Shown: positions 10,001 to 19,482 of the stretch, in pieces | How the letters are laid out: each line of letters opens with the position of its first letter | Position numbering within the stretch: the stretch's first letter is position 1 | Source of the DNA: Candidatus Multivoradales bacterium | GTDB lineage: Bacteria > Acidobacteriota > Thermoanaerobaculia > Multivoradales > J023 | Assembly: GCA_965248925.1 (NCBI GenBank) | Contig: CBDFLE010000006.1 | Location: 1,888,001 to 1,952,000, forward strand | Direction of reading: 5' to 3' | DNA length: 64,000 nt | Translations under genes and position numbers: made by a program | Notes under the pieces: generated by a model | Database searches by the model: none | Told to the model about the DNA's origin: nothing | Seen by the model: only the letters and a program-made list of their open reading frames with translations

Positions 10001-11875
10001 TCAAAACGTCCCCCCGAGTTCCTTTTGCTGGCGGTATTGCAACTCATAGAGCTTATGGTAGATGCCGCCGAGTTCGATCAGCTGGCGGTGGGTGCCTTGC
10101 TCGCGCATCCTTCCCTTGTGCAGCACCAAGATGCGGTCGGCGCGACGGATGGTAGACAGGCGGTGAGCGATCACCAGGCTGGTGCGGCCAGCTAGCAAGC
10201 GCTCCAAAGCTGCCTGGATAAGCTGCTCGGTCTCGGTGTCGATCGAGGCAGTGGCCTCGTCGAGGATCAGCACTCGCGGATCGAAGGCCAGGGCACGGGC
10301 AAAGGCGATCAGCTGCTTCTGCCCCACCGACAGCCCTGCGCCACGCTCGCGAACCGGCGCGGCAAAACCCTCCGGCAAACGATCGATAAAGGCCAGCGCA
10401 CCCACCTCGGCCGCGGCCTGGCGTAGGCGATCTTCACTGATCGAGGCCTCGCCCAGCCGGATATTGCTGCCGATGTCGCCGGAAAACAGGAAAACCTCCT
10501 GCAAAACCATGCCAATGCCGGCGCGCAGCCGCGCCAAATCCCAACGCCGTACATTGACCCCATCGACCCGAACGGCGCCCTCATCGACATCGTAGAAGCG
10601 CAGCAGCAGATTGGCCAGAGTGCTCTTGCCGGCACCGGTGTGCCCGACCACGGCAACCATCTCTCCGGGCTCGATGCGCAGGGAGATATCCCGCAATACC
10701 GGCTCGCCAGCTCGGTAGGAGAAGTTCACCCGGTCGAATTCGATCGCCCCCTCTATGGCCGGCGGACTGTAGGCGTCGGTGGGAGTGGTGATCAGCGATT
10801 TACTATCCAGCAGCTCGAAAATCCGTTCCGAACTGGCCATCGCGCTCTGCAAGATGTTGTATTTGTCGGAGAGGTCGGCAAGAGGCTGGTAGAAGCGCTG
10901 AGCGTATTGCAGAAAAGCCACCAGCGCCCCCAACGACAAAATCTTGCCCATCACCTGCAAACCGCCGTACCAAACGATCAGCCCAAGACCGATCGCGGTA
11001 ACCAGTTCGACCGCCGGGTAATAAACAGCGTAGTAGCCAATAGCTTGCACGTTGACATCGCGATGCTGACCGTTGATCTCAGCGAAGGCGGCTGCCTGGC
11101 GGCGCTCGCGGCCAAACAGCTGCACCACCGCCATGCCGCCGATGTGCTCCTGCAAGAAAGCGTTGATGGCGGCGATCTTGACCCGCACCAGGCGGTAGCT
11201 CTGCCGGGCGCGAATCTTGAACCAGAAGGTCAGCGCCAATAGCAACGGCAAGATGGAGAAACTCACCAGGGCCAGCTTCCAACTCAGCAAGAAGAGCATG
11301 GTAACGATGCCGAGAAGCAGAAAAATATCGCCAAAAACCGACACCAGACCGGCAGTGAAGAGTTCGTTGAGAGACGCCACGTCGGTGGTGGCACGGGTCA
11401 CCAGGCGGCCAATCGGTCGCCGATCGAGAAACGCCACATCGAGACGCTGTAGGCGAGTGAAGATGTCTCGTCGCAGGTCGCGCATGATCAGCTGCCCCAT
11501 CAATTCCATCACATAGGCCTGCCAGAACAGCACCACGAAGATCAGCGCCAAGGCCACCAGGTAGACCCCGGCCATCAGCGTGACTCCGGCCAGAGGATCC
11601 GTCGGCAAGCCCGCCGCCAACAGCTGCTCACCAAGCCACTGTGACAGTGGCGAGGCCCCGTCCCGTCCTCCGAACGGCTGAATGAACAGGTCGAGGGTCA
11701 CCGCGGTGACCAGCGGCCCCACCAACTGCAGCAGCGACGACAGCACGATCAACACTACAGCCGTCGCCGCCATGCCGCGGTAGGGACGCAAATAGACCAG
11801 CAGACGGCGCATCAGACGAGCGTCGTAGACCTTACCCACCGCGCTTTCTTCCTGAATCGTCGCCTGCTCCACCAT
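10001..11875 (-). CDS. ABC exporter, fused TMD + ATPase (MsbA/MdlB-like)
   Basis: TM region, GHTGAGKS, LSVGQKQ, ILDEATAS, IAHRLST. Confidence 0.93.
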   Translation of the reverse strand: MVEQATIQEESAVGKVYDARLMRRLLVYLRPYRGMAATAVVLIVLSSLLQLVGPLVTAVTLDLFIQPFGGRDGASPLSQWLGEQLLAAGLPTDPLAGVTLMAGVYLVALALIFVVLFWQAYVMELMGQLIMRDLRRDIFTRLQRLDVAFLDRRPIGRLVTRATTDVASLNELFTAGLVSVFGDIFLLLGIVTMLFLLSWKLALVSFSILPLLLALTFWFKIRARQSYRLVRVKIAAINAFLQEHIGGMAVVQLFGRERRQAAAFAEINGQHRDVNVQAIGYYAVYYPAVELVTAIGLGLIVWYGGLQVMGKILSLGALVAFLQYAQRFYQPLADLSDKYNILQSAMASSERIFELLDSKSLITTPTDAYSPPAIEGAIEFDRVNFSYRAGEPVLRDISLRIEPGEMVAVVGHTGAGKSTLANLLLRFYDVDEGAVRVDGVNVRRWDLARLRAGIGMVLQEVFLFSGDIGSNIRLGEASISEDRLRQAAAEVGALAFIDRLPEGFAAPVRERGAGLSVGQKQLIAFARALAFDPRVLILDEATASIDTETEQLIQAALERLLAGRTSLVIAHRLSTIRRADRILVLHKGRMREQGTHRQLIELGGIYHKLYELQYRQQKELGGTF

Positions 11876-12112
11876 AGCCGCCGCACCTTACCGCAATGAA
11901 CTACCGCAGATCGACGGTCGCGAGGGCCTTCCTCAGCTGCCCGCTTTGCGTGCTGCCGGCCATCGTATAGACTTCCATCGATTGAGACACTGCGGGTGCC
12001 AGCCGCAAGGCGTGCGCCTGGAGCGACTCGATTCCAAGGAAGCTCTACAAAATCTAAGTTTGCTCGAAGAGGATTCGATGCGCTATCGAGCCCAGTTCAA
12101 GGGGATCCGACC

Positions 12113-13234
12113 GTGGCGACGCTGAATGCCCTACTCAAGAGTATGGTCGAACAGGGGGGCTCTGACCTCCACTTGACCATCAATTCGCCGCCACAGATCC
12201 GCGTCGACGGCAAGCTGACGCCGCTCAACCTGCCGCCCCTGAAGCCCACCGAGTGCAAGCGGTTGGCCTACTCGATCCTCACCGACTTGCAGAAACACCG
12301 TCTGGAAGAGGATCTGGAGATTGACTTCTCCTTCGGTATTCGCGGCCTGTCTCGCTTTCGTGCCAATGTCTTTCACCAGCGCGGCGCGGTGGCGGCGGTG
12401 TTTCGCACCATCCCCTACCAGATCCGCACTTTTCGTGAACTCGGCCTGCCCTCGGTCGTCGAGCGCATCTGCGAGAAGCCACGCGGGTTGGTGCTGGTCA
12501 CTGGCCCCACTGGCTCGGGCAAGACCACCACACTGGCGGCAATGCTCGACAAGGTCAACCGCGAGCGCCACGAGCACATCATCACCATCGAAGATCCGGT
12601 CGAGTATCTGCACGAGCACCAGAGCTGTCTGGTCAATCAGCGCGAGCTGCACGCCGACACCCACAGCTTCTCGAACGCGCTGCGCGCTGCTTTGCGCCAG
12701 GATCCTGATGTGGTGCTGATCGGCGAGATGCGCGATCTCGAGACCGTCGAGTCGGCGCTGCGCATCGCCGAGACCGGTCACTTGACCTTCGCCACCCTGC
12801 ACACCAACTCGGCGGCGCAGACCATGAACCGGATCATCGACGTCTTTCCGGCGCACCAGCAATCACAGATCCGAGCACAGCTATCGTTGGTGCTTGAAGG
12901 CATCCTCTGTCAGGCCCTGCTGCCCCGCTCCAACGGCACTGGCCGGGTAATGGCGATGGAGATCATGATACCGACAGCGGCGATCCGCAACTTGATCCGT
13001 GAAGACAAAATCCATCAGATCTACGGCATGATGCAGACCGGCCAGTCGACGCACGGCATGCAGACCTTCAACCAATCGCTGGCTTCGCTCTATTTCAAGC
13101 GGCAAGCGACGCTTCAAAGTGTCCTCGGCAGATCGAGCAGCGCCGAAGAACTCCAAGACATCATTTCGCGCGGACCCGCCGCGCTCAATCCGAATCTGCA
13201 GTCGCCACAGGCGGCGGCAAGCGCGAGGAGGTAG
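12113..13234 (+). CDS. pilT: Type IV pilus retraction ATPase PilT
   Basis: GSDLHL, GPTGSGKTTT, TIEDPVE, LRQDPDV, AETGHL..TLHTN, AIRNLIRE, GMQTFNQ. Confidence 0.93.
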   Translation: MATLNALLKSMVEQGGSDLHLTINSPPQIRVDGKLTPLNLPPLKPTECKRLAYSILTDLQKHRLEEDLEIDFSFGIRGLSRFRANVFHQRGAVAAVFRTIPYQIRTFRELGLPSVVERICEKPRGLVLVTGPTGSGKTTTLAAMLDKVNRERHEHIITIEDPVEYLHEHQSCLVNQRELHADTHSFSNALRAALRQDPDVVLIGEMRDLETVESALRIAETGHLTFATLHTNSAAQTMNRIIDVFPAHQQSQIRAQLSLVLEGILCQALLPRSNGTGRVMAMEIMIPTAAIRNLIREDKIHQIYGMMQTGQSTHGMQTFNQSLASLYFKRQATLQSVLGRSSSAEELQDIISRGPAALNPNLQSPQAAASARR

Positions 13235-13237
13235 TCG

Positions 13238-14443
13238 ATGGCGAGCTTCGTCTGGAAGGGCCGAACCACAGCCGGCAAGATCGAACAAGGTGTGTTGGTG
13301 GCGGACTCCCGCGACTCCGCCGGCGCCATCTTGCGCCGCCAACGTATCCAGGTCACCAGCTTGCGCGAGAAAGAGCGCCGCATCCCACTGTTGCCGAAGT
13401 TTGGCGGCAGCGTCAACTCTAAGTCCCTGGCGATCTTCACCCGTCAGTTCTCGGTCATGCTGGATGCCGGCCTGCCGCTGGTCCAATGCCTGGAGATCCT
13501 CGGCGCGCAAGAAGAGGACAAGCGCTTCAAGGAGATCATCAACTCGGTCCGCACGGACGTCGAGAGTGGCACCTCCCTGGCCGAAGCGATGAAGCGCCAT
13601 CCCGCAGCGTTCGATAACCTCTACGTCAACATGATCGCCGCTGGCGAAGCTGGCGGTATCCTCGACATCATCCTGCAACGCCTGTCGACCTACATCGAGA
13701 AGTCGGTGAAGCTCAAAGGACAGGTGAAAGCCGCTTTGATTTACCCGGTAACGGTCATCGTCATCGCCGCCGGAGTGGTGTTCATCATCTTGTGGAAAGT
13801 CATCCCGACCTTCGAACAACTGTTCGCCGGCCTCGGTGCGCGGCTGCCCTACCTGACCCGCGTGGTGGTGGCGGCCAGTGAATTCGTCGGCTCCTATGCG
13901 GTTTGGATAATCCTCTTTATCGTGCTGTCCTCGGTCGCTCTGAGCCAATGGCACAAGACCTACCGTGGGCGGCGAATGATCGACGCCGCTTCGCTGCGCA
14001 TTCCGATTATCGGCATGCTGCTGCGCAAGATCGCCATCGCCCGCTTTTGCCGCACCTTGGCGACCTTGACCTCGAGCGGCGTGCCGATTCTCGATGGCTT
14101 GGAGATTACCGCCAGGACCTCGGGCAATGCGGTGATCGAAGACTCGGTGATGAGTGTCCGCAAGAGCGTCGAAGAAGGCAAGACGATCAGTGGACCCCTT
14201 GGAGAAACCAAGGTCTTCCCGCCGATGGTGGTGCAGATGATCGGCGTCGGCGAGCAGACTGGTGCCCTCGATCAAATGCTGTCCAAGATCGCTGATTTCT
14301 ACGAAGAAGAGGTCGACACCGCGGTCGCCGGCTTGATGAAACTGATTGAACCGTTAATGATCGTCTTCCTCGGTGTCGTCATCGGTGTCATCGTCACCGC
14401 CATGTACCTGCCGATGTACTCATTGATCTCGCAGATCGGCTAG
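13238..14443 (+). CDS. pilC: Type IV pilus platform protein PilC (T2SS F family)
   Basis: FTRQFSVMLDAGLPL, GEAGGILD, VGEQTGALD, MYLPM. Confidence 0.93.
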   Translation: MASFVWKGRTTAGKIEQGVLVADSRDSAGAILRRQRIQVTSLREKERRIPLLPKFGGSVNSKSLAIFTRQFSVMLDAGLPLVQCLEILGAQEEDKRFKEIINSVRTDVESGTSLAEAMKRHPAAFDNLYVNMIAAGEAGGILDIILQRLSTYIEKSVKLKGQVKAALIYPVTVIVIAAGVVFIILWKVIPTFEQLFAGLGARLPYLTRVVVAASEFVGSYAVWIILFIVLSSVALSQWHKTYRGRRMIDAASLRIPIIGMLLRKIAIARFCRTLATLTSSGVPILDGLEITARTSGNAVIEDSVMSVRKSVEEGKTISGPLGETKVFPPMVVQMIGVGEQTGALDQMLSKIADFYEEEVDTAVAGLMKLIEPLMIVFLGVVIGVIVTAMYLPMYSLISQIG

Positions 14444-14450
14444 CAAATAC

Positions 14451-14478
14451 GACCGGCGCGCTCCGTCCGGCGCCGGTC
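14451..14478. other. GC-rich hairpin between pilC and pilS
   Basis: GACCGGCGC-N10-GCGCCGGTC perfect 9-bp stem, no U-tract. Confidence 0.4.
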
Positions 14479-14489
14479 TAGGAGCCTCC

Positions 14490-16283
14490 TTGCCAGAGCT
14501 CGACAAGAAGCTCCGCCTGCTGATTGCCTACCGCGTGCTGGTAGTGCTCAGCATTGCTCTACCCTACTTTCTTTACCAAGCCAGCATCTTTCCTTCACGC
14601 GCCGCCAAAGCCACCGCCCATGCCGCGGGCGTGGTCCGGAGCGAGGGACCGGAGCAAGCTGGCGCCGCCGCCGAACAGCCGCTCGAAGGACCGCCAGAGA
14701 GGACCGCGGCCAGCGGTTTCTATGGCGCTATGGCGCTCGACACTCGACAAGGGCAAGCCCTGCGCTTCGTCATTGCTCTTGTGTCGATTCAAACCCTGCT
14801 TTACATTGCCATATCGCGCCTGATGCCAGCCCGGCACGCCTTGCAGGCCTACCTCCAGTTTTTTGGCGATTTATTGCTGATTACCCTATTGATTCCCCGC
14901 CTTGGCGATCCCGCGGGTAGCTTCTCGATCCTCTATCTGGTGACCATCAGTGTTGCGGCGGTGATCCTGCGCCGCTCGGCGGCGCTGTTCGTCGCTGGCG
15001 GCGCCATGCTGATGTTCAGCGCCATGCTGATTCTATTGGCGAGCCCCTTCGCGGACGCGCTGCCGATCCACTTGGCCGGTTTCTACGGCCCCTTCGAGAT
15101 GCTGAGCAAAGTCGAGCTGAGCAAGACACTACTGACCCATTTTGGCGGTTTCTTCGGCGTCGCCGTGCTGACTTCCTACCTGGCCCAAAACGTCGCCCGA
15201 GCCGAGGAACAGCTGCATGAAAAACACCTTCGCTTAGAAGCTCTACAACGCCTCCACCGCGACATCGTACAGTCGGTCTCGAGCGGCTTGATCACCACTG
15301 ATCTGAGCGGACGCATCACCAGCCTGAACCGCTCTGGTGGCGAGATCCTAGGCACCATAGAGAGTGAAGTACTAGGCCAGCCAATCACCTCCACCGGCCT
15401 GTTCGACAGCGCTCTCTGGCACCGCCTGACCCACACCGAGCAAGCGAATCAACGCACCGAGGTCGAACTAAACCGCGATGGCGAAACCACTTACGTCGGC
15501 TACCATCTGAACCACTTGCGCGACCCCGAGGGTGCCGGGCGGGGCTTTAGCTTGATATTCCAGGACTTGTCGCAACACCGCAAGATGCAAGAAAGACTGC
15601 GGATCAGCGACCGAATGGCGGCAGTCGGCGAGATGGCGGCCGGCCTAGCCCATGAGGTGGGCAATCCGCTGGCGGCGATCTCGGGCTCGGTGCAGATGAT
15701 GGCCGCTTCAGAGGACACGGACCCAGCCCGTCGCAAACTGCTCGAAATCACCCTCAGAGAGAGCCAGCGGCTGGACCGCACGGTTAAGCAGTTCCTCAAG
15801 TTCGCCACCCCGCGCGAACGCCACCCAACCCGCTTCGACATCGCCAGGCTGCTGGTTGAAGAGATTGCCTTGCTCAGCAACAGTGACGAGATTGACGAGC
15901 GGCACCGTATCGATGCCGTCATGAATCCGCGCAGCGCCATGGTAACCGCCGACCCGGACCAGATCAGTCAGATTTTCTGGAACCTGGCCCGCAACGCGCT
16001 CAAGGCAATGCCCGACGGCGGCACTCTGACGGTGAGTGGGCGCCTGCAAGAGGACCTTTACCAGATCGAGTTCAGCGACACCGGCAGCGGAATGACACCC
16101 GAAGAGCGCACCAATCTGTTCCACCCCTTCAAGTCGTTTTTCGATGTAGGCTCGGGCATCGGCATGGCTATTGTTTACCGGATCGTCGAAGAACACGGCG
16201 GCGCCATTCATATTGACAGTGAGCCCGGCAGGGGTTCCGTCATCCGTGTCGATCTGCCGGCCAGAACGAGTCCCAAGACCTGA
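14490..16283 (+). CDS. pilS: PilS-like sensor histidine kinase (TM, PAS, HisKA, HATPase)
   Basis: LAHEVGNPL, NLARNA, DTGSG, GSGIGM; position after pilC. Confidence 0.82.
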   Translation: MPELDKKLRLLIAYRVLVVLSIALPYFLYQASIFPSRAAKATAHAAGVVRSEGPEQAGAAAEQPLEGPPERTAASGFYGAMALDTRQGQALRFVIALVSIQTLLYIAISRLMPARHALQAYLQFFGDLLLITLLIPRLGDPAGSFSILYLVTISVAAVILRRSAALFVAGGAMLMFSAMLILLASPFADALPIHLAGFYGPFEMLSKVELSKTLLTHFGGFFGVAVLTSYLAQNVARAEEQLHEKHLRLEALQRLHRDIVQSVSSGLITTDLSGRITSLNRSGGEILGTIESEVLGQPITSTGLFDSALWHRLTHTEQANQRTEVELNRDGETTYVGYHLNHLRDPEGAGRGFSLIFQDLSQHRKMQERLRISDRMAAVGEMAAGLAHEVGNPLAAISGSVQMMAASEDTDPARRKLLEITLRESQRLDRTVKQFLKFATPRERHPTRFDIARLLVEEIALLSNSDEIDERHRIDAVMNPRSAMVTADPDQISQIFWNLARNALKAMPDGGTLTVSGRLQEDLYQIEFSDTGSGMTPEERTNLFHPFKSFFDVGSGIGMAIVYRIVEEHGGAIHIDSEPGRGSVIRVDLPARTSPKT

Positions 16284-16301
16284 AATGAAGAGGTAAAGGC
16301 G

Positions 16302-17720
16302 TTGAAAGCTCGGATCCTGATTGTTGACGACGAGGCCAGTCTCCTCGAATTTCTGCACCTGCTGTTCGAGGAGGAGGGCTACAGCGTATGCCCTGCAGGC
16401 TCGGTCAAGCAGGCACGCCAGCGCATCACCGAAGATAACTTCGATCTGGTGCTCTGCGACATCTTGATGCCAGACGGCAATGGCCTCGAATTGCTGCGCG
16501 AAATCAAGGAAGTATCACCCTCGACAGCGGTGATCATGATGACCGCCTACACCTCCACCAAATCAGCGATCGAGGCGATGAAACTCGGCGCCTACAACTA
16601 TCTGTCGAAACCGTTCGATGTCGAAGAACTCAAGGTTGTTGCCCAGCAAGCGCTGGAGAAGACCGGCCTCGAAGCCGAGAACGTCTACTTGCGGCGCGAA
16701 CTCGAGCAGCGGTATCAGTTCTCCAACATCATTGGCCGCAGCCCGAAGATGCAGGAGATCTTCTCGCTCATCGAGCGGGTCGCGAAGACCCACTCGACGG
16801 TCTTGGTGGGCGGTGAGTCGGGCACCGGTAAGGAGCTGATCGCCCGCGCCATTCACTTCTCCGGACCACGGGCCAACGACCGTTTCCTGTCGATCAACTG
16901 CGGCGCACTGCCCGAAAACCTGCTCGAATCAGAGCTATTCGGGCACGAGAAGGGCGCTTTCACCGGCGCCGTACGAGAGAAGAAGGGTCTGTTTCAAGAG
17001 GCCCATCAAGGAACCCTATTCCTCGACGAAATCGGCGAGATGTCGCCGTCGATGCAGGTGAAACTGCTGCGAGTACTGCAAGAGAAAAAGATCCGGCGGG
17101 TCGGCGGCAACGAGGAAGAGGCGATCGATGTGCGGATCATCGCCGCCACCAACCGCGATCTTGAAGAACGTATCGCCGAAGGCAATTTCCGCGAAGACTT
17201 GTTCTACCGCATCAACGTCATCCCCATTCGGCTGCCACCCCTGCGCCAGCGACGCGAGGACATTCCGTTGTTGGCGGAATTCTTCATCGACAAATACTCG
17301 CGCGAACTCGGCTTGGCAACGAGACCGATCTCGATGGCTGCTCTCCAGGTGCTGGAGGGTTACGACTGGCCCGGCAACGTGCGTGAACTCGAGAATACTG
17401 TTGAACGCGCACTGGCCCTATCGACCTCCGAAACCCTGACCACCAAAGACCTGCCGATCAACATCCTGTCGAAGAATCAGCGCCCCGCAGAGGCTCTGGA
17501 GTTGCCCGAAGAGGGCCTCGACCTCGAATGCTATCTCGACAACATTCGTGGCCAGTTGATGGGCCTGGCCTTGGATCGTTGTGGCGGCGTGCAGACCCAG
17601 GCTGCCCAGCTCTTGGGAATGACCTTTCGTTCCTTTCGCTACTACGCAAAGAAACTTGGTCTGACCGGCGTCGCTGCCGACTCCGGCAGTGAAATAGAGT
17701 ATCCCGCACCAGCCAAGTGA
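16302..17720 (+). CDS. pilR: PilR-like NtrC-family response regulator
   Basis: REC domain, GESGTGKE, canonical GAFTGA, WPGNVREL, tail AAQLLGMTFRSFRY. Confidence 0.85.
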   Translation: MKARILIVDDEASLLEFLHLLFEEEGYSVCPAGSVKQARQRITEDNFDLVLCDILMPDGNGLELLREIKEVSPSTAVIMMTAYTSTKSAIEAMKLGAYNYLSKPFDVEELKVVAQQALEKTGLEAENVYLRRELEQRYQFSNIIGRSPKMQEIFSLIERVAKTHSTVLVGGESGTGKELIARAIHFSGPRANDRFLSINCGALPENLLESELFGHEKGAFTGAVREKKGLFQEAHQGTLFLDEIGEMSPSMQVKLLRVLQEKKIRRVGGNEEEAIDVRIIAATNRDLEERIAEGNFREDLFYRINVIPIRLPPLRQRREDIPLLAEFFIDKYSRELGLATRPISMAALQVLEGYDWPGNVRELENTVERALALSTSETLTTKDLPINILSKNQRPAEALELPEEGLDLECYLDNIRGQLMGLALDRCGGVQTQAAQLLGMTFRSFRYYAKKLGLTGVAADSGSEIEYPAPAK

Positions 17721-17814
17721 AGCTCATCGCCGCGCGAACCGGCGCGGCACGGGGGCCGTCAGCGCGCCTTTCTTGCTCGTAGCAGTCGCTGCTGGCAAAT
17801 TGCGGATGGCGTGA

Positions 17815-17849
17815 TGTTGTAGGGCAGCAATTCGCGCCTAGTCTAGTAG
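17815..17849 (+). promoter_or_regulatory. Candidate ECF-type promoter, copy 1
   Basis: TGTTG-N15-CGCCTA-N3-TAGTAG, repeated with identical spacing at 22271-22305. Confidence 0.55.
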
Positions 17850-17982
17850 CAGCATTTGAGCCATCTCTGAGACAATCTACCCCTGAGACCTAGAGCAGTG
17901 ACCACCGCTCCGCACCCGGCAAAGAACCGGGGCGGCGCCGCAATGGCGCAGCTGGAGAGTCTCTTCGCAAAGGAGGAAGACC

Positions 17983-19482
17983 ATGCCTTACCTGTCTCTC
18001 GCTACTAGTTCGCCGTCAAGCTGCCATCGATCAGCTGCCGTGATTGGAGCCCTTCTGCTGACCTTGACTCTCGGCCCGGCCCACCTCGGCGCTCAACCTT
18101 ACCTCGCCGAGATCCTCGAAGCCCAGGCCCTCGACAACGACCTCGAGGTTTGGCTGGTGTGGCTCTCGGGCGCCGTGCAGGACGGCAGCGAGTTGGTCGC
18201 TCGCCACGAAGACGGAAGCAAGATCCTCGCCGTACCTATCACCACGATCCCCATTCAACAGGACGGGAACGAAAGCCCTGGCACCCCGTTGGCCCGCACC
18301 ACCACCAGCAAGCCCGTGTTGGCACCCAGCAAGCAAACCCCCGACTTGATCACCGAACCTCAAGCCGTGCCCTATGTACTGCCCAACCTGCTAGGGCTGA
18401 CCCTCCAGACGCATCTGGATCTGACGGTCGAGGACGGTCAGGGCAACAGACTGAGCCCAGTCTTGCCGATCATTGTCGGCCTGGTAACCGGTCCCAATGG
18501 CTGTGACAAGGAGGTACAATCCGGCATCGACACCAACGCCGTGTTAATCAGCCAAGCGCTGAGCGAGGTGCTCGACACCTACCCTTACTACGATCTACTG
18601 CAGGACCTACAAGAGATCGAGAGTAGCTACCCGGAACTTAGCTGCGACATCGAGAATTTGCAGACCTACCTGCTGCGCCTTCTCTCCCAGATGGGCAAGC
18701 TGGATCCCAGCGCCGACGGCAAACTGGCTTGCACCTACTTTTGGCAAGCCATGCTGAGCGGCAACCTCGAAAATCGGCCGATTTATCGCGGTCCCTACAG
18801 GCCCTCTCCAGATTTCGTGCACGACATCATGCCGGGCTTCGCCGAGGTCGGCGGCTACGAAGCCAGGTCACCACACTGCGTCACAGCTCGGGCACAGGGC
18901 AGGGAAGACAGCCCGAACGGCGGTGCGGAGATCTTCTATGAAAGCGAGTCGGCCGACCTGCAGCTGAACGTTCATTTCGCCACTCGCCGCTGGACCGGTA
19001 GCCAGGACATCTGCGGTACTTGCGCTGGATCGGTGCTCTACGGCGCCGCCTATTCGGCCTCGACCCTCGCCCTGTTGGATCAGACCTTCGGCACGGGCAC
19101 CGCCTCCGCCAGCACCACACAGACGGTCACTTTCTTGACTGACGCCAACCTGGTTTCGAGCGTGACCGTCGCCGCCGAAGTGAGTTCCACCCCACCTTTG
19201 GGTGATTTCGACTACGAACTGTCCACCAAGGCTACTCGCGCGCCGGCGGTCTCCCAACCCGCCCAAGGCACCCTCACCGTGACCGCCACCTCCAGCTCCA
19301 GCTCTACAACCCTCGCCACGGCCGAGTACCGACTCGACTACTTCTGGCTGATCAAGGCCGAGGCCAGCTGCGCGGCCTTGCCGGTGGTGGACATGACAAT
19401 GAAATCGGTGCCGCTCGAGTACCACGGGGCCATCGACCCCGCCGGCGGTGGTACCCGGATCAAGCTACAACGCTATCCCTAG
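17983..19482 (+). CDS. Secreted hypothetical protein, paralog A (499 aa, conserved Cys, ends TRIKLQRYP)
   Basis: AAGGAGG RBS, signal-peptide-like N-terminus, colinear with 22367-23776. Confidence 0.8.
   Translation: MPYLSLATSSPSSCHRSAAVIGALLLTLTLGPAHLGAQPYLAEILEAQALDNDLEVWLVWLSGAVQDGSELVARHEDGSKILAVPITTIPIQQDGNESPGTPLARTTTSKPVLAPSKQTPDLITEPQAVPYVLPNLLGLTLQTHLDLTVEDGQGNRLSPVLPIIVGLVTGPNGCDKEVQSGIDTNAVLISQALSEVLDTYPYYDLLQDLQEIESSYPELSCDIENLQTYLLRLLSQMGKLDPSADGKLACTYFWQAMLSGNLENRPIYRGPYRPSPDFVHDIMPGFAEVGGYEARSPHCVTARAQGREDSPNGGAEIFYESESADLQLNVHFATRRWTGSQDICGTCAGSVLYGAAYSASTLALLDQTFGTGTASASTTQTVTFLTDANLVSSVTVAAEVSSTPPLGDFDYELSTKATRAPAVSQPAQGTLTVTATSSSSSTTLATAEYRLDYFWLIKAEASCAALPVVDMTMKSVPLEYHGAIDPAGGGTRIKLQRYP

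Noticed and set aside
12881-14275. Long antisense or alternate-frame ORFs (also 2635-3663, 21283-22149, 59588-60829, 60989-62059)
   Set aside because: Shadow ORFs expected from high-GC codon bias over well-supported genes.
12113-17720. pilT-pilC-pilS-pilR lacking pilB and pilA as a novel system
   Set aside because: Split pil loci are common; the other genes are probably elsewhere in the genome.
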